The notes beneath the pieces were generated by a model. That model was not told the origin of the DNA, made no database searches, and saw only the letters and a list, made by a program, of their open reading frames with translations. Both the position numbers and the translations under genes were made by a program. Below, piece after piece: positions 5,839 through 9,399 of a DNA stretch of 9,399 bases; within the stretch, counting starts at the first letter, position 1, and each line of letters begins with the position of its first letter. This DNA is from a virus (taxonomy: Duplodnaviria; Heunggongvirae; Uroviricota; Caudoviricetes), in the IMG/VR virus record IMGVR_UViG_2667527789_000017. One strand, written 5' to 3'.

Positions 5839-6069
5839 ATGAGCGATAACGGACATTTCGATTTCAAAAAGCACTGGCTTGCACTTACTCCGGATGAGCG
5901 TGAAGCCTTCGCACAGGAAGCCGGAACGACGAGTCACTATATCCAGACTCACTTAACAGGTAAGCGCAAAATGCCAGGTAAGGTATTGATGAATGGGCTT
6001 TTTAAAGCCTGTAAAACAAGACAATGGCTGAGCTCAAAAGCAGAACTGGCATACTTCTTCTACTCATGA
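5839..6069 (+). CDS. Cro-like small HTH DNA-binding protein
   Basis: 76-aa ORF divergent from the repressor. AFAQEAGTTSHYIQTHLTGKRKMPGKVLMNGLFKAC resembles the Cro/YdaS-type HTH layout (compare lambda Cro [29 protein letters not shown]). Followed by a strong terminator. Confidence 0.7.
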   Translation: MSDNGHFDFKKHWLALTPDEREAFAQEAGTTSHYIQTHLTGKRKMPGKVLMNGLFKACKTRQWLSSKAELAYFFYS

Positions 6070-6090
6070 TATCCAGCCACAACCCTCTGT

Positions 6091-6114
6091 AGACCGCCAT
6101 CCGGCGGTCTTTTC
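6091..6114 (+). terminator. Rho-independent terminator after the Cro-like gene (tR1-like position)
   Basis: Stem AGACCGCC (6091-6098), loop ATCC, stem GGCGGTCT (6103-6110), then TTTT (6111-6114); 22 bp after the Cro-like stop. Confidence 0.8.
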
Positions 6115-6124
6115 ATATCTATTC

Positions 6125-6139
6125 GCACCTCAAAGGTAA
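6125..6139. promoter_or_regulatory. Operator-like site GCACCTCAAAGGTAA immediately downstream of the Cro-gene terminator
   Basis: Same family (GCACC variant left half, perfect GGTAA right half); lies 11 bp after the terminator T-run and about 80 bp before the next gene. Confidence 0.5.
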
Positions 6140-6217
6140 CAAAAAACCAAATCTGGTTGATCAAATTTTCCAATTGTGCAAAATAGCCAATATCAATAAC
6201 AAAAAGGGGCAGAAAAA

Positions 6218-6430
6218 TTGAAGATAGTAACCAGAATGGAGGCCGCAAAAGCCGGGTTAAATCGCTATTTCACAGGAAAGCGGTGCCGTCACGGCCATCT
6301 CTCTGAAAGGTATGTTCTGAACGGAACATGTGTTGAATGTGCAATGAATAGCGCCAACCGCCATCGTAATGAATTTGCTTGTGCACTAAAGAGTGCAAGA
6401 GGGGAAACCTATGGCAAGCAGCTGGATTAA
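6218..6430 (+). CDS. Small protein with putative zinc-binding motif (C-x-H-x-H ... C-x2-C), function unknown
   Basis: 70-aa ORF from TTG at 6218 preceded by AAAGGGG 8 nt upstream; an internal ATG at 6236 has no SD. Motif GKRCRHGHLSERYVLNGTCVEC. Occupies the position between cro and the replication genes where lambda has cII, but shows no similarity to CII. 3' end overlaps the next gene by 20 nt. Confidence 0.5.
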   Translation: MKIVTRMEAAKAGLNRYFTGKRCRHGHLSERYVLNGTCVECAMNSANRHRNEFACALKSARGETYGKQLD

Positions 6431-7247
6431 GGTTGAAGTTATCACTCCTGATAAACCTGAAATTTTTCAGATAGCAGAAATTCTGGGTATTGATCCAGAT
6501 GCTGTTCTTGGAAAGCTGGTTCGTATATGGGCATGGGCTGACCAGCAAACAATAGACGGTAACGCTGGCAGCGTTACAAAAGGAGTACTTGATAGACTCG
6601 CTTTTATTACAGGATTTGCTGACGCCCTCATTAGCGTCGGATGGCTTGCTTATCATGACGGTAAACTAATTCTTCCAAACTTTGAGCGACACAATGGAGA
6701 ATCATCGAAAAAACGTGCACTTACGAATAGAAGAGTGGCAGAGCATCGAAAACGAGTAACGCAAAAAGTAACGCCAACAGCGTTACAAAAGGAGTTACCA
6801 GAGGAAGAGGAAGAGGAAGAGGAAGATATATATAAAACCCCACACATAGCGCACGTGCGCGAGGGTGCTCCGACCAGTGAAGCGAACGGTATGCCGTTGC
6901 AGGTGGCTGAACCTGAATTTCTGGATGGCCTGAGTGAACCCATCGGGAAATTTCCGATGACCGATGGTTGGCATCCGTCGCCGGATTTTCGACGGCGTGC
7001 TGTGCTGTGGGGAACGGCCCTGCCGGAACCGGAATTTACACCTGCTGAACTTGCTGCATTCCGGGATTACTGGATGGCTGAGGGCAAAGTGTTCACGCAG
7101 GTTCAGTGGGAACAAAAATTCGCCAGGCACGTAAATCATATCAGGGGAAAATCAAAAAACGCCGGGAAAAGCGATGAGCTTGACTGGAATAACACTGACT
7201 GGATAGAAGGGGTGTGGGATGAAATCAACTCCAGAACTTCTCAATGA
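6411..7247 (+). CDS. Replication initiation protein: phage replisome-organiser-like N-terminal region fused to a DnaT-like C-terminal domain
   Basis: ATG at 6411 preceded by AAGAGGGG with 6-nt spacing; the ORF-track start at 6393 has no SD. C-terminal IGKFPMTDGWHPSPDFRRRAVLWGTALPEPEFTPAELAAFRDYWMAEGKVFTQVQWEQKFARH aligns by eye with E. coli DnaT [61 protein letters not shown]. N-terminal SWIKVEVITPDKPEIFQIAEILGIDPDAVLGKLVRIWAWADQ resembles phage replisome-organiser N-domains. Central poly-Glu linker. Confidence 0.85.
   Translation: MASSWIKVEVITPDKPEIFQIAEILGIDPDAVLGKLVRIWAWADQQTIDGNAGSVTKGVLDRLAFITGFADALISVGWLAYHDGKLILPNFERHNGESSKKRALTNRRVAEHRKRVTQKVTPTALQKELPEEEEEEEEDIYKTPHIAHVREGAPTSEANGMPLQVAEPEFLDGLSEPIGKFPMTDGWHPSPDFRRRAVLWGTALPEPEFTPAELAAFRDYWMAEGKVFTQVQWEQKFARHVNHIRGKSKNAGKSDELDWNNTDWIEGVWDEINSRTSQ
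6559..6577. repeat. Inverted repeat GTAACGC-TGGCA-GCGTTAC followed by AAAAGGAGT (copy 1 of intragenic repeat)
   Basis: Directly read; 7-bp arms with 5-bp spacer, inside the replication-initiator gene. Confidence 0.7.
6756..6786. repeat. GTAACGC half-site (6756-6762) plus inverted repeat GTAACGC-CAACA-GCGTTAC (6768-6786) followed by AAAAGGAGT (copy 2)
   Basis: Shares GTAACGC ... CAGCGTTACAAAAGGAGT with copy 1 but sits in a different codon phase of the same gene (copy 1 starts at codon position 2, copy 2 at position 1), so the repeat is conserved at the DNA level rather than the protein level. Confidence 0.7.
6801..6824 (+). repeat. Hexanucleotide tandem repeat (GAGGAA)x4 encoding a poly-Glu linker
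   Basis: gaggaagaggaagaggaagaggaa read directly; translates as EEEEEEEE in the initiator gene and is followed by AT-rich GATATATATATAAAA. Confidence 0.9.
6849..6860. repeat. Perfect 12-bp palindrome GCGCACGTGCGC
   Basis: Read directly; lies just downstream of the AT-rich stretch inside the initiator gene. Confidence 0.7.
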
Positions 7248-7995
7248 GTACGATCGCTTACGTGAGCATGGTGTTGATGTGCATGAAGAGCGGCGTGGCA
7301 GCAATGGCAAAAAGGAGCAGGTTGCTAGAATTTTCAATGAACTATTTGTCCAGTTACAGGCTGCATTTCCTGCAAGCGTTTCGACCATAAGGGAGCAGAA
7401 CAAACTTAATGAATTCCGTAAGCAATGGATGCTTGCGTTTCTGGAGAATGGGATCACTACAATGGAACAGGTTAACGCTGGTATGCGCCACGCTCGCGCC
7501 AGTGAGTCTCCGTTCTGGCCGTCGCCAGGGCAATTCATCAAGTGGTGTAAAGACAGCAAGATGGTTCTTGGCGTCACCATTGACGATGTGATGGCGGAGT
7601 TTCACCGGTACAGCAAGGAAAAAAGTTTATATCCTGGTGGTCCCGAAAGATTCCCGTGGTGGCATCCGGTTATGTACTGGGTCGTATGTGATACCCGCCG
7701 TGCAATGTATCAGCGCCAGCTTAGCGAGATTGAGGTTGAGAAACACGCGCGCAGGCTGCTCGATGATTGGGCGAAAAAGGTGGCTTCCGGACAGCAGATA
7801 CCCGATCCGGTGATCAGCATACAGGCAAAGCCAGAACCCATGAGTACGCCTCCGGACACAGGGAGAGACGTTTACCATCCACCAGGGCGAAGTTTCGGGT
7901 GTATGCCTAACGCCGCCACCCTGGGGGGAATAACACCGGCGCAGTGGCTGATGGAGGAATGCAGGCGGGGAAAGGCGTCAGGATTTATCAAGTAA
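7219..7995 (+). CDS. P: Replication protein P homologue (lambda P-like helicase-loader)
   Basis: 258-aa ORF; VARIFNELFVQLQAAFPASVSTIREQNKLNEFRKQWMLAFLENGITTMEQVNAGMRHARASESPFWPSPGQFIKWC is near-colinear with lambda P VAQIINGVFSQLLATFPASLANRDQNEVNEIRRQWVLAFRENGITTMEQVNAGMRVARRQNRPFLPSPGQFVAWC. ATG at 7219 preceded by GAAGGGG; overlaps the 3' end of the initiator gene by 29 nt. Confidence 0.9.
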   Translation: MKSTPELLNEYDRLREHGVDVHEERRGSNGKKEQVARIFNELFVQLQAAFPASVSTIREQNKLNEFRKQWMLAFLENGITTMEQVNAGMRHARASESPFWPSPGQFIKWCKDSKMVLGVTIDDVMAEFHRYSKEKSLYPGGPERFPWWHPVMYWVVCDTRRAMYQRQLSEIEVEKHARRLLDDWAKKVASGQQIPDPVISIQAKPEPMSTPPDTGRDVYHPPGRSFGCMPNAATLGGITPAQWLMEECRRGKASGFIK

Positions 7996-8000
7996 TACCA

Positions 8001-8020
8001 GCGCGATAGCGCATTTTTTT
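8001..8020 (+). terminator. Weak candidate intrinsic terminator after the P-like gene
   Basis: Short stem GCGC (8001-8004), loop GATA, stem GCGC (8009-8012), then A and TTTTTTT (8014-8020). Only a 4-bp stem, so low confidence. Confidence 0.3.
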
Positions 8021-8032
8021 ACGCCTCGATAA

Positions 8033-8047
8033 TTACCTGTTGGGTAA
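8033..8047. promoter_or_regulatory. Operator-like palindrome TTACCTGTTGGGTAA
   Basis: Perfect TTACC-N5-GGTAA, upstream of the promoter-like elements that precede the gene at 8113. Confidence 0.7.
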
Positions 8048-8066
8048 TAAAATATTCTAAAATCTA

Positions 8067-8095
8067 TTGATTTAGTGTCTTATGTGGTTTTTAAT
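8067..8095 (+). promoter_or_regulatory. Putative sigma70 promoter for the downstream operon
   Basis: -35 TTGATT (8067-8072), 17-bp spacer, -10 TTTAAT (8090-8095); predicted start site falls inside operator site 8096-8110. Confidence 0.45.
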
Positions 8096-8110
8096 TACCT
8101 TAGAGGTAAA
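8096..8110. promoter_or_regulatory. Operator-like palindrome TTACCTTAGAGGTAA overlapping the transcription start and RBS of the gene at 8113
   Basis: Perfect TTACC-N5-GGTAA; its GAGG doubles as the Shine-Dalgarno sequence 6 nt before ATG 8113; centre 63 bp from the centre of site 8033-8047. Confidence 0.7.
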
Positions 8111-8112
8111 TC

Positions 8113-8457
8113 ATGAGAAAACAGATACAGGCTCTTGGTCGACTCAAAACAGGCCAGATGAACAAAACAGAATCTGCGTATTGCCAGCACCTTGAGCTGC
8201 GTAAACGTGCAGGAGAAATCGTCTGGTATCGATTTGAGGGTATCAAGCTGCGGTTAGCTGACAACACGTTCTATACGCCCGATTTTGCTGTGATGCTCGC
8301 CACCGGCGAGATGGAACTGCACGAAGTGAAAGGTTTCTGGACCGACGACGCCAGGGTGAAAACCAAAGTCGCCGCAGATCAGTATCCGTTCCGAATCATC
8401 GGGGTAACGGTTAAACCAAAGAAAGCAGGTGGTGGCTGGAACATCGAAGAGTTCTGA
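8113..8457 (+). CDS. DUF1064-like phage protein with PD-(D/E)XK nuclease-type motif (putative structure-specific nuclease)
   Basis: 114-aa ORF; FYTPDFAVM ... ELHEVKG gives a D ... E-x-K arrangement typical of PD-(D/E)XK nucleases. Overall pattern recalls the DUF1064 family of small phage proteins, assigned from memory only. Confidence 0.6.
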   Translation: MRKQIQALGRLKTGQMNKTESAYCQHLELRKRAGEIVWYRFEGIKLRLADNTFYTPDFAVMLATGEMELHEVKGFWTDDARVKTKVAADQYPFRIIGVTVKPKKAGGGWNIEEF

Positions 8458-8518
8458 ATCGACGATCTTTTTAGTTATCAATGTAATCAATAAGTTATGT
8501 GGATAAGCGAGGGTAAAG

Positions 8519-9079
8519 ATGGAAAGTAATATCAAAGGGTTAGTTGCCGCCGGGCATGAGATGGCTTCGGAACTGAAAGCAGAATGCGGTGCCGTTGATA
8601 TGCGCAGTGTGGCAAAGCTGATCAGCGATTTGGCAACGCAACTGGAAGTGCAACTGGTGCGTGCTAATGCGCTGGCCGAAGACCAGCAGAAAGCGATTGA
8701 GTCAATTAAGCAGGCTGATTCGGCTGTTAAGTTGGCACACGAGAAGTTTTCGGCGCTTGCGGCGGAGAATGAACTGGCTCGTAAGGCAGTTCAGGCATTC
8801 TGCGATGTTGTTGGCGACAACACCGAGGTTATCGCTGAGGAGGTTGGGCGAGATGGCGTTCTGGTTATTTTGGAGGCCATGAAGGCAACAGGAAATATGC
8901 CAGCCACCGATGCTTTCCTGTCGGATGTGCGGGCTGGGGCGTTTAACGACCTTTGCGCGGCGTTCGTTAAGGACGCGACGGTTGTCGGGCTGGACGATGG
9001 CGACATCGTTACGGTGAAAGAAGCGAAGGACGCCCTGCTGCATTGTGCGGAACAGCTTCGCAAAGGAGGCAACCAGTGA
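8519..9079 (+). CDS. Hypothetical phage protein (186 aa, Ala-rich, acidic, predicted helical)
   Basis: ORF preceded by GAGGG 5 nt before ATG 8519; consistent coding frame; stop TGA at 9077-9079 overlaps the GTG start of the next ORF. No family recognised. Confidence 0.6.
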   Translation: MESNIKGLVAAGHEMASELKAECGAVDMRSVAKLISDLATQLEVQLVRANALAEDQQKAIESIKQADSAVKLAHEKFSALAAENELARKAVQAFCDVVGDNTEVIAEEVGRDGVLVILEAMKATGNMPATDAFLSDVRAGAFNDLCAAFVKDATVVGLDDGDIVTVKEAKDALLHCAEQLRKGGNQ

Positions 9080-9399
9080 GCAAGATTGACTATCAGGCAC
9101 TGCGTGATGCGGCAGTAGCAATTGAAACAGTAGCAACGCCTCAAAAATTGCTGGCATTTCGTATGAAAGTCACACCTCAGGTTGTGCTGGCACTGCTGGA
9201 TGAACGGGAAAGAAACCAGCAATACATTAAACAGCGCGACCAGGAGAACGAGGAGATTGCGCTAACGGTAGGAAAGCTGCGTGTTGAGCTTGAGGAAGTA
9301 AAACAACACGCTGAAGAATTATCCGAAACCAAGGCTGTTCGTAACCAATGGCGGCCAGATATTTGCCCAATAACCGGACGTACATTTTTCATGTGGATT
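9076..9399 (+). CDS. Hypothetical phage protein, 5' partial (runs off the window); possibly Ea22-like coiled-coil protein
   Basis: Not in the supplied ORF track. GTG at 9076 preceded by AAGGAGG with 6-nt spacing and overlapping the upstream stop (GTGA). Open frame for 108 codons to the window end: VSKIDYQALRDAAVAIETVATPQKLLAFRMKVTPQVVLALLDERERNQQYIKQRDQENEEIALTVGKLRVELEEVKQHAEELSETKAVRNQWRPDICPITGRTFFMWI. The Ea22-like assignment is a weak recollection. Confidence 0.5.
   Translation, partial: MSKIDYQALRDAAVAIETVATPQKLLAFRMKVTPQVVLALLDERERNQQYIKQRDQENEEIALTVGKLRVELEEVKQHAEELSETKAVRNQWRPDICPITGRTFFMWI

Larger units (their letters stand above)
1..9399. mobile_element. Partial lambdoid prophage (integrase, early-left recombination operon, immunity region, replication module, start of a downstream operon)
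   Basis: Gene content and order typical of temperate lambdoid phages: tyrosine integrase, excisionase-like gene, exo/bet pair, divergent repressor/Cro pair with operators, O-like and P-like replication genes. Window begins at the integrase start and ends inside a gene, so neither att site nor prophage boundary is visible. Confidence 0.8.

Noticed and set aside
5056-6114. Resemblance between the two terminator stems (AGCCGCC...GGCGGCT and AGACCGCC...GGCGGTCT)
   Set aside because: Both are short GC-rich stems built around CCGCC/GGCGG, a composition common in intrinsic terminators; the similarity is most simply coincidence.
6393-6410. Upstream ATG start for the replication initiator (284-aa form)
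   Set aside because: No SD upstream of 6393, whereas ATG 6411 has AAGAGGGG at ideal spacing.
6060-7139. Minus-strand ORFs 6060-6248, 6270-6656, 6653-6943, 6795-7139
   Set aside because: Antisense to the terminator/zinc-finger/initiator region; the 6653-6943 ORF owes its poly-Ser run to the reverse complement of the GAGGAA repeat; no SDs.
7152-7878. ORFs 7152-7580(-), 7354-7605(-), 7409-7591(+), 7627-7878(-)
   Set aside because: Overlap the P-like gene, whose near-colinear match to lambda P fixes the real frame.
8254-9392. ORFs 8254-8535(-), 8661-8882(+), 8702-9157(-), 8791-9222(-), 9177-9392(-)
   Set aside because: Antisense or out of frame relative to the + strand genes, which have SD-supported starts and coupled stops; Ser/Cys/Arg-rich translations.
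1-9399. CRISPR array, tRNA/tmRNA gene, rRNA, IS element or att core repeat
   Set aside because: No spaced direct repeats, no cloverleaf-capable tRNA-like segment and no transposase-like ORF or terminal inverted repeats were found; the integrase starts at base 1, so the attachment site and any target tRNA would be outside the window.

Overview
This 9.4-kb window reads as the early part of an integrated lambdoid prophage in an enterobacterial (E. coli-like) background. (1) A P4/CP4-57-type tyrosine integrase lies on the + strand from base 1, so the att site must be upstream of the window. (2) A minus-strand, tightly translationally coupled early operon runs towards int: two small ORFs, a RecE-like PD-(D/E)XK exonuclease, a Bet/Redbeta-family annealing protein, an AlpA/Xis-like excisionase, a small ORF, an MT-A70-family methyltransferase and a 64-aa ORF. 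(3) An immunity switch follows: a 194-aa repressor with two tandem HTH domains and no LexA-like peptidase domain, divergent from a Cro-like gene, each followed by a clear intrinsic terminator. (4) The replication module has a small zinc-finger-like protein, a replisome-organiser/DnaT-C-terminal fusion protein with a candidate origin inside it, and a lambda P homologue. (5) A second operator-flanked promoter drives a DUF1064-like PD-(D/E)XK protein, a 186-aa unknown and the 5' part of a gene that runs off the window. The strongest non-coding signal is a family of eight 15-bp palindromic sites (TTACC-N5-GGTAA and one-mismatch variants) confined to four intergenic control regions. No rRNA, tRNA, CRISPR array or IS element is present. 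I could not identify a gene set that I would confidently call a new defence system; the candidates for undescribed biology are the operator network, the peptidase-less tandem-HTH repressor, the operator-gated downstream operon and the unassigned small proteins. All family assignments were made by eye from the translations and remembered signatures and are unverified by any database search.
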